A stretch of 51,106 nt of DNA from Armatimonadota bacterium (GTDB lineage Bacteria; Sysuimicrobiota; Sysuimicrobiia; Sysuimicrobiales; Kaftiobacteriaceae): NCBI GenBank assembly GCA_037440005.1, contig JBBIUY010000020.1, positions 1 to 51,106 on the forward strand, read 5' to 3'. The notes under the pieces are model-generated. The model worked only from the letters and a program-made list of their open reading frames with translations. It ran no database searches and had not been told where the DNA came from. Positions 1-9,966 of this stretch are shown here, in pieces. The first letter of the stretch is position 1, and the number at the start of each line of letters is the position of its first letter. A program made the translations under genes and the position numbers.

Positions 1-102
1 GTGGTGGTCGCCGTCCTGTGGCTGCTCTGGCCGGCGCTGCGCAGCCGGCTCGCCGACCGGCGGGCCGGGCGCGGGGCGGACGGGTCGTCCCGGGCGCGGT
101 GA
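1..102 (+). CDS. 3' end of an upstream CDS, probably a membrane protein (partial)
   Basis: Frame 1 is open from base 1 ([21 protein letters not shown]...) to TGA at 100-102. A hydrophobic stretch is followed by a basic tail. Confidence 0.5.
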   Translation: MVVAVLWLLWPALRSRLADRRAGRGADGSSRAR

Positions 103-125
103 TCGAGGACGAGGGGGGAGGTCGG

Positions 126-695
126 GTGGACGGAGCGGCCGGGCGCATCGAGGTCATCTGCGGCAGCATGTTCAGCGGCAAGAGCGAGGAGTTGATCCGC
201 CGGGTGCGGCGGGCGCAGATCGCCCGCCAGCGCGTGCAGGTGTTCAAGCCGGCCCTGGACGACCGGTACGGCCGCCGCCAGGTCGCCTCCCACGACGGGT
301 CCCGGGTGGACGCCACCCCCGTCGCCCGCAGCGAGGAGATCCTGACATCCCTGGACCCCGAGGCGACGGTGGTGGCCATCGATGAGGCCCAGTTTCTCGA
401 CGACCGGCTGCCCGACGTGGTCCGGACCCTGGCCGACCGCGGGGTCCGGGTGATCGTCGCGGGGCTGGACATGGACTTCCGGGGCGAGCCCTTCGGGCCG
501 ATGCCCCAGCTGCTGGCGATCGCCGAGGCCGTGGACAAGTTGACGGCCATCTGCATGGTGTGCGGAGCGCCCGCCACCCGCACCCAGCGCCTGATCAACG
601 GCCAGCCGGCCCGGTACACCGACCCGGTCATCCTGCTGGGCGCCCAGGAAGTCTACGAAGCCCGCTGCCGCCGCCACCACGTGGTGGTGAGGTGA
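126..695 (+). CDS. tdk: thymidine kinase
   Basis: GSMFSGKS P-loop, [19 protein letters not shown] and Zn ligands CMVC...RCRRH. GTG start at 126 follows a GGAGG RBS. Confidence 0.95.
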   Translation: MDGAAGRIEVICGSMFSGKSEELIRRVRRAQIARQRVQVFKPALDDRYGRRQVASHDGSRVDATPVARSEEILTSLDPEATVVAIDEAQFLDDRLPDVVRTLADRGVRVIVAGLDMDFRGEPFGPMPQLLAIAEAVDKLTAICMVCGAPATRTQRLINGQPARYTDPVILLGAQEVYEARCRRHHVVVR

Positions 696-696
696 A

Positions 697-792
697 AGGG
701 AAGAGGGAAGAGGGGTTTATAATCGAGGGGGAAAGAGGGCCAAGGAGGACGGGCAGAGATCCGCAATGGTCTTTCCCTCTTCCCTCTTCCCT
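697..792. repeat. 18-bp perfect inverted repeat made of AGGGAAG heptamers, tdk-prfA intergenic
   Basis: AGGGAAGAGGGAAGAGGG (697-714) and CCCTCTTCCCTCTTCCCT (775-792) are exact reverse complements. TATAAT (718-723) lies between them. Confidence 0.85.
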
Positions 793-798
793 GTCGTC

Positions 799-1872
799 AT
801 GACCGTCGATCGTTCGGCGTTGATGAGCAAGCTGGAGGCGCTGGCCGCGAGGCACGACGAGCTGCTGCGGGCGCTGGCCGACCCGCAGGTGCTGGGAGAC
901 CCCGCCCGCCTGCAGCAGGTGGCCCGGGAGCGGGCGTCCCTGGAGGAGGCGGTGGCGCTGTACCGGGAGTACCAGCGGGCGAGCCGGGAGGCCGACGACG
1001 CCGCCGCCCTCGCCCGGGAGGAGCGGGATCCCCAGATGCGGGACCTGGCCCGGGCGGAGGAGGCCAGGCTGCGGACCCGCCTGGCGGAGCTGGAGTCCCG
1101 CCTGCGGGAGCTGCTGGCTCCCCCGGACCCCCTGGCGGACCGGAACATCATCATGGAGATCCGGGCCGGGGCGGGGGGTGAGGAGGCGGGCCTGTTTGCC
1201 GCCGACCTGTTCCGGATGTACTCCCGGTTCGCCGAGCGCCGCGGCTGGAAGGTCGAGGTCCTCCAGAGCAACCCCAGCGCCCTGGGCGGCTTCAAGGAGA
1301 TCATCCTGGCGATCCAGGGGCGCGGGGCCTACCGGCGCCTGCGGTACGAGAGCGGCGTGCACCGGGTCCAGCGGGTCCCCGTGACCGAATCCTCCGGCCG
1401 CATCCACACCTCCACGGCCACGGTGGCCGTGCTGCCCGAGGCCGAGGAAGTGGACGTGCAGATCCGCCCCGACGAGATCGAGGTGGAGACCTTCCGGGCC
1501 GGCGGCGCCGGGGGCCAGAACGTCAACAAGGTGGAGACGGCGGTGCGGGTGCGCCACCTGCCCACGGGGCTGGTGGTGGCCTGTCAGGACGAGCGGTCCC
1601 AGCACCAGAACCGGGAGAAGGCCCTGCGCATCCTGCGGGCCAAGCTGCTGGAGATGGAGGTGCAGCGCCGCCAGCAGGCGCTGGCCCAGCAGCGCCGCCA
1701 GCAGGTGGGCACCGGGGAGCGGGCCGAGAAAATCCGCACCTACAACTTCCCCCAGAACCGGGTGACCGACCACCGCATCGGCCTGACGTTGCATCGGCTG
1801 GACGCGGTGCTGGACGGGGACCTGGACGAGATCATCGACGCCCTGGCCGCCGCCGAGCTGGCGGCGCGCTGA
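799..1872 (+). CDS. prfA: peptide chain release factor 1
   Basis: GGQ motif (GAGGQNVNK), RF1-type PVT tripeptide (QRVPVTES), [14 protein letters not shown]. Followed by prmC. Start is ATG 799 or 823. Confidence 0.96.
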   Translation: MTVDRSALMSKLEALAARHDELLRALADPQVLGDPARLQQVARERASLEEAVALYREYQRASREADDAAALAREERDPQMRDLARAEEARLRTRLAELESRLRELLAPPDPLADRNIIMEIRAGAGGEEAGLFAADLFRMYSRFAERRGWKVEVLQSNPSALGGFKEIILAIQGRGAYRRLRYESGVHRVQRVPVTESSGRIHTSTATVAVLPEAEEVDVQIRPDEIEVETFRAGGAGGQNVNKVETAVRVRHLPTGLVVACQDERSQHQNREKALRILRAKLLEMEVQRRQQALAQQRRQQVGTGERAEKIRTYNFPQNRVTDHRIGLTLHRLDAVLDGDLDEIIDALAAAELAAR

Positions 1873-1879
1873 CGTTCCC

Positions 1880-2800
1880 GTGTCCGTGACGGTCCGCGAG
1901 GCGTACCTGCGCGGACGGGAGCACCTGGCGGCCAGCGGGAGCGAGGAGGCCGCCTTGGAGGCGGAGGTGCTCCTGCGCCACGCCCTGGGCACCGACCGCG
2001 CGGGGCTGTACACCCGCTGGGAGGCGGAGATTTCCCCGGAGGCGTGGGAGCGGTACCGCCAGGCCCTGGACGAGCGGGCCCGCGGCCGCCCGGTGGCCTA
2101 TATCGTCGGCCAGCGGGAGTTCTGGGGACTGGCCTTCGCCGTCGACGAACGGGTTCTGATCCCCCGGCCCGAGACCGAGGTGCTGGTGGAGGCGGTGCTG
2201 GAGGCTCTGGCCGGACGGGACGATCCGGTGGTGGTGGACGTGGGTACCGGCAGCGGCTGCGTGGCCGTCAGCCTGGCGGTGGCTCTGCCCCGGGCCGTCG
2301 TCTACGCCACCGACATCTCCTCCGGCGCGGTGGAGGTGGCGCGGGCCAACGCGGCGCGCCACGGGGTCGGCCACCGGGTGGTGGCGCTGGTCGGCGACCT
2401 GCTCCGGCCTCTTCCGGGGGCGCTGGCGGGCCGGGTGGACGCCGTGGTGAGCAATCCTCCCTACATCCCCGCCTCCCGGTGGCAGGCTCTGCCCGCCCAG
2501 GTCAGGGAGTACGAGCCGGCCGCCGCGCTGCTCGCCGGCCCGGCCGGCACCGAGGTCCACGCCCGGCTGGTCGCCGCCTCCGCCCCCTGGCTGGCCCCGG
2601 GCGGCCTGCTGGCCATGGAGGTGGCGCCGGACCAGGCGGAGGAGGTGGCCGCCCTGGCGCGGTCCGACGGCCGGTACGCGTCCGTCCGCGTCCGGAACGA
2701 CTACGGGGGCGCTCCCCGGGTGGTGCTGTGCCGGCGGACCGACCCGCGTGCGGAGGGAGAATCACGGAGGGAGGGGGAGGGAGCGGGCGAAAGGGAGTAA
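1880..2800 (+). CDS. prmC: release factor glutamine methyltransferase
   Basis: LIPRPETE, DVGTGSG and NPPY motifs; directly downstream of prfA. Confidence 0.95.
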   Translation: MSVTVREAYLRGREHLAASGSEEAALEAEVLLRHALGTDRAGLYTRWEAEISPEAWERYRQALDERARGRPVAYIVGQREFWGLAFAVDERVLIPRPETEVLVEAVLEALAGRDDPVVVDVGTGSGCVAVSLAVALPRAVVYATDISSGAVEVARANAARHGVGHRVVALVGDLLRPLPGALAGRVDAVVSNPPYIPASRWQALPAQVREYEPAAALLAGPAGTEVHARLVAASAPWLAPGGLLAMEVAPDQAEEVAALARSDGRYASVRVRNDYGGAPRVVLCRRTDPRAEGESRREGEGAGERE

Positions 2801-2806
2801 AGGGCG

Positions 2807-3472
2807 ATGTCCTACTACCGGGTCACGTTTTCGAACCTCCGCGATCTCGATCTTCGCCCCATTCCCATACTCCGCGTGACCGAGGACAGCCCGGCGCCCC
2901 GGCGCGCGGTGCAGGCCCTGCGGGAGGGCCAGGTGATCGTGTACCCGACCGACACCGTCTACGGGCTGGGCTGCCGCATCGACGACGAGCGGGCGGTGCG
3001 CCGCATCTTCGCTATCAAGAACCGCCCGCCCACCGACCCCCTGCCGGTCCTGCTCGCCGACCCGGCGCAGGCGGCCGAGTACGCCCGGGACGTGCCCGAG
3101 CTGGCCCGGCGCCTGATGGCCCGGTTCTGGCCGGGGCCCCTCACCCTCGTCCTGCGCCGGTCGCCCCGGGTGCCTCCGGTGGTGACGGGCGGGACGGACA
3201 CGGTCGCCCTGCGGGTGCCCAACCACCCCGTCCCCCGGGCCCTCGTGCGGGCCGCGGGCGTCCCCCTGGTGGGCACCAGCGCCAACTCCCACGGCATGCC
3301 GGCCCCGGTGACGGCGCAGCTGGCGGTGTTCGACCTGGGCGACCGGGTGGACCTGGTGCTGGACGGGGGGCGCACTCCCGCGGGGAGAGAGTCCACCGTC
3401 GTGGACCTGACCGGGCAGGCGCCCCGGGTGGTCCGCGAAGGGGCGATCCCGGCGGCGGAGCTGGGACTGTGA
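2807..3472 (+). CDS. tsaC: L-threonylcarbamoyladenylate synthase (YrdC/TsaC, short form)
   Basis: PTDTVYGL, KNRP, FWPGPLT, TSAN and STVVD motifs. Confidence 0.93.
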   Translation: MSYYRVTFSNLRDLDLRPIPILRVTEDSPAPRRAVQALREGQVIVYPTDTVYGLGCRIDDERAVRRIFAIKNRPPTDPLPVLLADPAQAAEYARDVPELARRLMARFWPGPLTLVLRRSPRVPPVVTGGTDTVALRVPNHPVPRALVRAAGVPLVGTSANSHGMPAPVTAQLAVFDLGDRVDLVLDGGRTPAGRESTVVDLTGQAPRVVREGAIPAAELGL

Positions 3473-3960
3473 AGATCGCCGTCGCCAGCGACCACGCGGG
3501 GTACCGCCTCAAGGAGGAGATCAAGCTCCTCCTGCGGGAGTTGGGGCACGAGGTGCGGGACTTCGGCACCCACTCCGACGACCCGGTGGACTACCCGGAC
3601 TTTGTGGTGCCGGCGGCCGAGGCCGTGGGCCGGGGAGAGTGCGACCGGGCGATCGTGGTGGGCGGGTCGGGCAACGGGGAGGCCATCGCCGCCAACAAGG
3701 TCCCGGGGATCCGGGCGGCCCTGTGCCATGACGCCACCACCGCCCGCCTGAGCCGCTCCCACAACGACGCCAACGTCCTGGCCCTGGGCCAGCGCATCAT
3801 CGGCAGCGAGGTGGTCCGGGACGTCGTGCGGGTGTGGCTGGAGACGCCCTTCGACGGCGGGCGCCACCAGCGCCGCCTGGAGAAGATCGCCAGGGTGGAG
3901 GCCCGCTACGGTCAGCGGGCGGCGCCGGTCCGGAGCTCCCGCCGACACAAGGGCACCTAG
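3469..3960 (+). CDS. rpiB: ribose-5-phosphate isomerase B
   Basis: SDHAG, DYPD, GGSGNGE (Glu-type, no catalytic Cys), HNDANVL, GGRHQRR. GTGA overlap with tsaC. Confidence 0.93.
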   Translation: MKIAVASDHAGYRLKEEIKLLLRELGHEVRDFGTHSDDPVDYPDFVVPAAEAVGRGECDRAIVVGGSGNGEAIAANKVPGIRAALCHDATTARLSRSHNDANVLALGQRIIGSEVVRDVVRVWLETPFDGGRHQRRLEKIARVEARYGQRAAPVRSSRRHKGT

Positions 3961-4050
3961 GGGCGATGGACCCGGGGCGGCGGGGAGAGCGTTCGCGCAC
4001 CGCGTGAATGCGGGCGTCCCGCACGCCGTCCGGACACGTGGGGGAGGTGG

Positions 4051-4689
4051 ATGATGGCCAGCGGCAAGGTGTACGTCTTCGACCACCCGCTGATCCTGCA
4101 CAAGCTGACCATCCTGCGGGACAAGCGCACGGGCCACAAGGAGTTCCGGGAGCTGGTGGAGGAGATGGCGATGCTGATGGCCTTTGAGGTGACCCGCTCC
4201 CACCCCACCCGGGAGGTGGAGGTGGAGACGCCCCTGGCCACCACCACCGGGCGCAGCATTGCCGGCCAGGAGATCGCTGTGGTGCCCATCCTGCGGGCGG
4301 GGCTGGCCATGGAGGCGGGGATCACCCGGTTGATCCCCACGGCCCGGGTGGGGCACGTGGGCATCTACCGGGACCCCGAGACCCTGCAGCCGGTGACCTA
4401 CTACGCCAAGCTGCCGGCCGACATTGCCGAGCGAGAGGCGATGGTGGTGGACCCGATGCTGGCCACCGGCGGCTCCATCGTGGCCTGCATCGACACCCTC
4501 AAGCAGCGCGGGTGCCGGACCATCAAGGTCATGGCCATCATCGCCGCCCCCGAGGGCATCCGCAAGGTGCACGGCGCCCACCCGGACGTGGAGATCTACA
4601 CCGCCGCCGTGGACAGCCACCTCAACGACCACGGCTACATCGTGCCGGGACTGGGAGACGCCGGAGACCGCCTGTACGGCACCCGCTGA
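4051..4689 (+). CDS. upp: uracil phosphoribosyltransferase
   Basis: [16 protein letters not shown] and [22 protein letters not shown]. Confidence 0.97.
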   Translation: MMASGKVYVFDHPLILHKLTILRDKRTGHKEFRELVEEMAMLMAFEVTRSHPTREVEVETPLATTTGRSIAGQEIAVVPILRAGLAMEAGITRLIPTARVGHVGIYRDPETLQPVTYYAKLPADIAEREAMVVDPMLATGGSIVACIDTLKQRGCRTIKVMAIIAAPEGIRKVHGAHPDVEIYTAAVDSHLNDHGYIVPGLGDAGDRLYGTR

Positions 4690-4826
4690 CCTGGGGCGGA
4701 GGCGGACGGTCGGCGTCAACACATGAGAACGTCGGAGCGTCGGATGGCCCGACCCTGCCGCCCCGGCCACCGCCGGGGCGCCCGACCGCGGGTCCAGGAG
4801 CCCGGACGGGCTCGCCGGAGGCCGCC

Positions 4827-5288
4827 GTGAGGCCCGGGTGGGACGAGTACTTCATGCGCATGGCCGTGCTGGCCTCCTCCCGCTCCACCTGCGTGCGCCG
4901 GCGGGTCGGGGCCGTGGTGGTCAAAGAGCGCATGGTCCTGTCCACAGGGTACAACGACACCCCCCGGGGCCTGCCCAACTGCGGGGAGGGGGGCTGCGAC
5001 CGCTGCGCCTCGACGGCGGCGTCGGGCCAGGCGCTGGATACCTGCCTGTGCCTGCACGCCGAGCAGAACGCCATCATCCAGGCCGCCTACCACGGGGTGG
5101 CCATCGCCGGCGCCACCCTGTACACCACCCACCAGCCCTGCCTGACCTGCGCCAAGATGATCGTGAACGTGGGCATCCGCCGCATCGTCTTTGCGGGCGA
5201 CTACCCCGACCCCCTGGCCCGCCGGCTGCTGGAGCAGGCCGGGGTGGCCCTGGACCGCGTCGGCGCCGACGTCCTCACCGCCGGCTGA
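4827..5288 (+). CDS. dCMP deaminase (ComEB family)
   Basis: RPGWDEYFM, RSTC, HAEQNA and PCLTC zinc motifs. GTG start follows GGAGG. Confidence 0.9.
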   Translation: MRPGWDEYFMRMAVLASSRSTCVRRRVGAVVVKERMVLSTGYNDTPRGLPNCGEGGCDRCASTAASGQALDTCLCLHAEQNAIIQAAYHGVAIAGATLYTTHQPCLTCAKMIVNVGIRRIVFAGDYPDPLARRLLEQAGVALDRVGADVLTAG

Positions 5289-5321
5289 TCCCCTCCCCGC
5301 CGCGCCGCGCGGCCGGTCGTG

Positions 5322-5330
5322 TGTTATAAT
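5322..5330 (+). promoter_or_regulatory. extended -10 promoter of rplY
   Basis: TGTTATAAT, about 55 nt upstream of the rplY start in a GC-rich background. Confidence 0.7.
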
Positions 5331-5385
5331 TCCCGTCGGCGTGCGGCCGGGCGGGACCGGCCTTTTGAGTTTGGGAGGCGCGAGG

Positions 5386-6081
5386 ATGGAACGGGTGGCC
5401 CTGCAGGTTCGGCGGCGGGAGGAGAAGGGATCCAGCCGGGCCCGGCGGCTGCGGCGGGCCGGGCTGGTGCCGGGTGTGGTCTACGGGCGGGGCCGGGAGC
5501 CCATACCGGTGGCCGTGGACGCCCGGGCGCTGCGCGAGGCCCTGCGCACCCACGCCGGCATGAACGTGCTCATCGACCTGGCCGTGGGCGACGGCGACGG
5601 GCCGTCCGCCACCGTGATGGTCAAGGAGGTCCAGCGGGACATCTTCCGGCGGGACATCATCCACGTGGACTTCTATGCGGTGGATCTCACCCGGACCCTG
5701 GAGGCGCGCGTGCCCCTGGTCTTCACCGGCCAGCCGGCGGGCGTGGCCGAGGGAGGCGTGCTGGACATCCACCTGCGCGAGGTGGTGGTGGAGTGCCTGC
5801 CCACGGCCATCCCCGACCAGCTGACCGTGGACGTCAGCGGGCTGGGGGTCGGGGACTCGATCCACGCGCGGGACCTGCGCCTGCCCCCCGGGGTGACCCT
5901 GGTGACCTCCGAGGAGGAGACCGTGGCGTCGGTGGTGCAGCCTCGGGTGGCCGAAGAGGCGCCCGCCGCGGCGGAGGCTCCGGCGGCGGAAGCGCCGGCC
6001 GCTCCCGCGGCGGAGGTCCGGCCGGGCGGAGACTCCCGCGCACCGGAGGCCCGCCCCGAGCGCCCGTCGCGGGCGGAGTGA
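5386..6081 (+). CDS. rplY: 50S ribosomal protein bL25 / Ctc (long form)
   Basis: RRLRRAGLVPGVVYG, HVDF, C-terminal beta domain and Ala/Glu/Pro tail; adjacent to pth. Confidence 0.93.
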   Translation: MERVALQVRRREEKGSSRARRLRRAGLVPGVVYGRGREPIPVAVDARALREALRTHAGMNVLIDLAVGDGDGPSATVMVKEVQRDIFRRDIIHVDFYAVDLTRTLEARVPLVFTGQPAGVAEGGVLDIHLREVVVECLPTAIPDQLTVDVSGLGVGDSIHARDLRLPPGVTLVTSEEETVASVVQPRVAEEAPAAAEAPAAEAPAAPAAEVRPGGDSRAPEARPERPSRAE

Positions 6082-6111
6082 CGATCCGGTGGCCGGCGCG
6101 CTGCCGTCCCG

Positions 6112-6684
6112 ATGAGGCTGGTGGTCGGGCTGGGCAACCCCGGCCGCCGCTACCGGGGCACCCGCCACAACGTGGGATGGGAGGTCCTCGACCGCCTGGC
6201 GCGCCGCCTGAAAGTGGCGGTGGACAGGGACGAGGGATGGGCGCTGGTGGGGACGGCCCGGCTGGGCCGCCGCCGGGTGCTGCTGGCCAAACCCCAGACT
6301 TTCGTGAACCTCAGCGGCACGGCGGTGGACGACCTCCGCCGCCGCCACAGGATCCGCCCTGAGGAGGTCCTCGTGATCGTGGACGACCTGGACCTCCCCC
6401 TGGGACGGCTGCGGCTGCGCCCGGGCGGCAGCCACGGGGGACACCGGGGGCTGCGGTCGGTCCTGGACGCCCTGGGCACCGAGGACGTCCCCCGGCTGCG
6501 GATCGGCATCGGGCGGCCTCCAGCCGGGGTGGACCCCGCCGACTACGTCCTCACTCCGTTCACCCCGGACGAGCGCGCGGTGGTGGAGCCCGCCCTCGAC
6601 CGCGCCGCCGAGGCCGCGGAGGTGGCGCTGCGGGAAGGCCTGCAGACCGCCATGACCCGGTTCAACGCGCCCGCCGCGGTATAA
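6112..6684 (+). CDS. pth: peptidyl-tRNA hydrolase
   Basis: LVVGLGNPG, TRHNVG, KPQTFVNLSG, GGHRGLRS and RLRIGIGRP. Confidence 0.96.
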   Translation: MRLVVGLGNPGRRYRGTRHNVGWEVLDRLARRLKVAVDRDEGWALVGTARLGRRRVLLAKPQTFVNLSGTAVDDLRRRHRIRPEEVLVIVDDLDLPLGRLRLRPGGSHGGHRGLRSVLDALGTEDVPRLRIGIGRPPAGVDPADYVLTPFTPDERAVVEPALDRAAEAAEVALREGLQTAMTRFNAPAAV

Positions 6685-6685
6685 T
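6680..6685 (+). promoter_or_regulatory. candidate -10 element for hppA overlapping the pth stop codon
   Basis: TATAAT formed by the last pth codons (GTA TAA T), 36 nt before the hppA GTG. No clear -35. Confidence 0.45.
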
Positions 6686-6721
6686 GCCGGCGGTATCCGA
6701 CGTCACCGACGGAGGCGCACC

Positions 6722-8692
6722 GTGACCCTGACGGAGTTCAGCGGCCTGTGGGTGGCCACCCTGGTGGTGGGGCTGGTGGGGCTGGGCTACGCCCTGGCGT
6801 CGGCCGCCGCCATCGCCCGGCAGGACCCGGGCACCGAGCGCATGCGGGAGATCGCCGACGCCATCCGCACCGGCGCCATGGCCTTTCTCGCCCGGGAGTA
6901 CCAGGTCCTGGGCGGGTTCGTGGCCGTCGTGTTCGTGCTGCTGTGGGCCGTCCTGAGCGCCCGGCTGGCCGTGTGCTTCCTGGCGGGGGCGCTGCTGTCG
7001 GTGCTGGCCGGAAATCTGGGCATGCGCATCGCCACCCTGGCCAACAGCCGGGCGGCGTGGGCGGTGGGCCGCGACCTCAACGCCGGGCTGGTCCTGGCCT
7101 TTCGGTCGGGCGCCGTCATGGGGTTCGCGGTGGTCTCCCTGGGCCTGCTGGGCGTCCTGGCGCTGTTGTGGGCCTTCCGCGACCCGTCCGCCATCTTCGG
7201 CTTCTCCTTCGGGGCGTCGTCGGTGGCCCTGTTCGCCCGGGTGGGCGGCGGCATCTACACCAAGGCCGCCGACGTGGGCGCCGACCTGGTGGGCAAGGTG
7301 GAGGCCGGCATCCCCGAAGACGACCCCCGCAACCCGGCGGTGATCGCCGACAACGTGGGCGACAACGTGGGCGACGTAGCCGGCATGGGGGCCGACCTGT
7401 ACGAGAGCTACGTGGGCTCCCTCATCGCGGCGGTGGCCCTGGGGTCTGCCTCCGGCGAGCCGGCCCTGGTGGTCCTGCCGTTTGCCCTGGCGGCGTCGGG
7501 CATCGTCTGCAGTCTGCTGGGGACCGTCGTGGTGCGGGCCCGGGCCGGGGAGTCGGCGGCGGCGGCCCTGATGCGGGGCGTGGTGGGGGCCACGGTGCTG
7601 ACGGCGCTGGCGGCTGCGGCGCTCATCCAGGTCCTGGTGGGCCGCCTGGCGATCTTCTGGGCCTTTGCGGCGGGGCTGGGAGCCGGGGTGGTCATCGGGT
7701 ACGCCACCGAGTTCTTCACCTCCCACGCCTACGGCCCCACCCGCCGGCTGGCGCTGGCCGCCCGGACCGGTTCGGCCACCAACATCATCGAGGGACTGGC
7801 CCTGGGGATGCGCAGCCTCCTGATCCCCGTGCTGACCATCGGGGCGGCCATCCTGGCCGCCCACCACCTGGCCGGCATCTACGGCATCGCCCTGGCCGGG
7901 GTGGGGATGCTGTCCACCCTGGGGATCACCCTGGCCACCGACTCCTACGGACCCGTCGCCGACAACGCCGCCGGGATCGCCGAGATGGCCCGCCTGGGCG
8001 GCGAGGTCCGCCGGCGGGCCGAGTCCCTGGACGCCGTGGGCAACACCACCGCCGCCATGGGCAAGGGCTTCGCCATCGGGTCGGCGGCGCTGACCGCCCT
8101 GGCCCTGCTGGTGTCCTACGCCGAGGTGGCCGGCCTGCGGTCGGTGGACCTGTTGACGCCGGTGACGGTCCTGGGGCTGTTCGTGGGCGGAGCGATGCCG
8201 TTCGTGTTCAGCTCCTTCGCCCTGTCGGCGGTAGGCCGGGCGGCGATGCAGATGGTGGAGGAGGTCCGCCGGCAGTTCCGCGAGATCCCCGGGCTGCTGG
8301 CGGGGCAGGGACGGCCCGACTACGCCCGGGCCGTGTCCATCTCGACGGCCGCGGCGATCCGGGAGATGATCGCCCCCGGCCTGCTGGCGGTGGCGGTCCC
8401 GGTGGCGGTGGGACTGGGTCTGGGCAAGGAGGCCCTGGCCGGCGTGCTGGCGGGGTCCATCGTCACCGGTTTCATGCTGGCCATCCTGATGGCCAACGCC
8501 GGCGGCGCGTGGGACAACGCCAAGAAGTACATCGAGGAGGGCCACCTGGGCGGCAAGGGGTCCGACCCCCACAAGGCGTCGGTGGTGGGGGACACCGTGG
8601 GGGATCCCTTCAAGGACACCGCCGGACCGTCCCTGAACATCCTGCTGAAGCTGATGGCCATTGTGTCCATCGTCGTCGCCCCGGTCCTCTGA
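6722..8692 (+). CDS. hppA: membrane-bound pyrophosphatase, K+-dependent, probably Na+-translocating
   Basis: [41 protein letters not shown] and [11 protein letters not shown]; many transmembrane segments. Confidence 0.95.
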   Translation: MTLTEFSGLWVATLVVGLVGLGYALASAAAIARQDPGTERMREIADAIRTGAMAFLAREYQVLGGFVAVVFVLLWAVLSARLAVCFLAGALLSVLAGNLGMRIATLANSRAAWAVGRDLNAGLVLAFRSGAVMGFAVVSLGLLGVLALLWAFRDPSAIFGFSFGASSVALFARVGGGIYTKAADVGADLVGKVEAGIPEDDPRNPAVIADNVGDNVGDVAGMGADLYESYVGSLIAAVALGSASGEPALVVLPFALAASGIVCSLLGTVVVRARAGESAAAALMRGVVGATVLTALAAAALIQVLVGRLAIFWAFAAGLGAGVVIGYATEFFTSHAYGPTRRLALAARTGSATNIIEGLALGMRSLLIPVLTIGAAILAAHHLAGIYGIALAGVGMLSTLGITLATDSYGPVADNAAGIAEMARLGGEVRRRAESLDAVGNTTAAMGKGFAIGSAALTALALLVSYAEVAGLRSVDLLTPVTVLGLFVGGAMPFVFSSFALSAVGRAAMQMVEEVRRQFREIPGLLAGQGRPDYARAVSISTAAAIREMIAPGLLAVAVPVAVGLGLGKEALAGVLAGSIVTGFMLAILMANAGGAWDNAKKYIEEGHLGGKGSDPHKASVVGDTVGDPFKDTAGPSLNILLKLMAIVSIVVAPVL

Positions 8693-9941
8693 CGGGTCCG
8701 CTCTTCCTCTCAGTAGCCGGGTCCCGGCCTACGCGCCCCTGCGCCACCGGGACTTCCGCCTGCTGTGGACGGGGCTGCTGATTTCCAACACCGGGTCGTG
8801 GATGCAGTTTGTGGCCCTGGGCTACCTGGTGGACCGCCTCACCCGCGATCCCGTGTACCTGGGCGTGCTGGCGGCGGTGCAGGCGGCCGCCCGCATCCTG
8901 TTCGCCCTGGTGGGCGGGGCGGTGGCCGACCGGGTGGACCGGCGCCGGCTGCTGCTGGCCACCAACCTGGTCCTGCTGGCCTCCGCCCTGGCCCTGGCGG
9001 CGCTGACGGCCACCGGCGCGGTGCGGCTGTGGCAGATCCTGGCCCTGGCCGCCCTCAGTTCCCTGGTGCAGGCGTTTGACATGCCGGCCCGCCACTCCCT
9101 GGTGCCGCAGCTGGTGGAAGAGCGCGAGGTGCTGACGGCGGTGACGTTGAACTCGGTGGCCTTCAACGGGTCCGCCGTCTTCGGCCCCTCCCTGGGCGGC
9201 GTGGTGATCGCGGCCGTGGGGGAGGCCGGCTGCTTCTTCCTCAACGCCGTCTCCTTCCTGGCGGTGGTGGCGGCCGTGCGGGCCATGGAGTTCCCCCCGC
9301 CGCGGGGATCCCCCGCCGGCCGCCTGGCCGACGACGTGACAGACGGCCTCCGGCTGCTGCGGGAGCACCGACAGCTGGCCGTCCTGCTGGCCACGGTGGC
9401 CGTGGTGAGCTTCTTCGGCCGGCCGTACGTGCGTCTGATGCCGGCGTTCGCCCGGGAGCACCTCCACGTGGGCCCCACGTCCCTGGGCCTGCTCCAGGCG
9501 GCGCCGGGGGTGGGGACGGTGGCGGCGGCGCTGGTGGTGGGTCGGCTGGCCGAGCGGGGCGCGGGGACGCTGCTGGCCTCGGCGGCGCTGGCGTTTGGGT
9601 TTCTGGTGACGGTGTTCGGCTTCTGCCCGACGCTGTGGGCGGCCCTGGTGGTCCTGGTCCTGGTCGGCGCCGCCCAGTCCCTGGCGCTGTCGGCGGCCAA
9701 CGCGCTGGTCCAGCTGGCCACCCCGCCCGCGGCCCGGGGCCGGGTGATGGCCCTGTACAGCATGGTGGCGTTCGGGGGGTTCGCCCTGGGCAGCCTTCCG
9801 GTGGGCGCGCTGGCCTCGGCCATCGGGGTGGGGCCGGCGCTGTCGGCGGGAGGGGTGGCGGTGATGCTGGCCGTGCTGGCCCTGACCCCCCGGCTGCGCG
9901 GTGGGAACGTTGGAGGTTGGAGGTTGAAGGTTGGAGGTTGA
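8661..9941 (+). CDS. MFS transporter (H+ antiporter / EntS-like); start uncertain
   Basis: [11 protein letters not shown]-terminus, motif A ([14 protein letters not shown]), about 12 hydrophobic segments and RGRVMALY. Confidence 0.85.
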   Translation: MCPSSSPRSSDGSALPLSSRVPAYAPLRHRDFRLLWTGLLISNTGSWMQFVALGYLVDRLTRDPVYLGVLAAVQAAARILFALVGGAVADRVDRRRLLLATNLVLLASALALAALTATGAVRLWQILALAALSSLVQAFDMPARHSLVPQLVEEREVLTAVTLNSVAFNGSAVFGPSLGGVVIAAVGEAGCFFLNAVSFLAVVAAVRAMEFPPPRGSPAGRLADDVTDGLRLLREHRQLAVLLATVAVVSFFGRPYVRLMPAFAREHLHVGPTSLGLLQAAPGVGTVAAALVVGRLAERGAGTLLASAALAFGFLVTVFGFCPTLWAALVVLVLVGAAQSLALSAANALVQLATPPAARGRVMALYSMVAFGGFALGSLPVGALASAIGVGPALSAGGVAVMLAVLALTPRLRGGNVGGWRLKVGG

Positions 9942-9964
9942 AGGTTGAAGGTTGAAGGTGGGAG
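9909..9964 (+). repeat. heptamer tandem repeat, 8 units of GTTG(G/A)AG, at a convergent gene junction
   Basis: GTTGGAG GTTGGAG GTTGAAG GTTGGAG GTTGAAG GTTGAAG GTTGAAG GTGGGAG read directly. Confidence 0.9.
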
Positions 9965-9966
9965 CC

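Noticed and set aside
2044..3960. Apparent giant fusions (2044-3960, 22813-25731, 19121-21190, 27927-29939, 40037-42577)
   Set aside because: Only the C-terminal parts are real genes (rpiB, AhcY-like, OSBS/NSAR, npdG, mmsA). Each has its own start, and the extensions overlap other genes.
3960..4050. glyA absent between rpiB and upp
   Set aside because: Ordinary gene-order variation, with no remnant visible.
5950..6081. Ala/Glu/Pro repeats at the end of rplY
   Set aside because: A normal low-complexity tail of Ctc-type bL25.
9909..9964. Tandem repeats as a CRISPR array
   Set aside because: Units are 7-8 bp with no spacers, and no cas genes are present.
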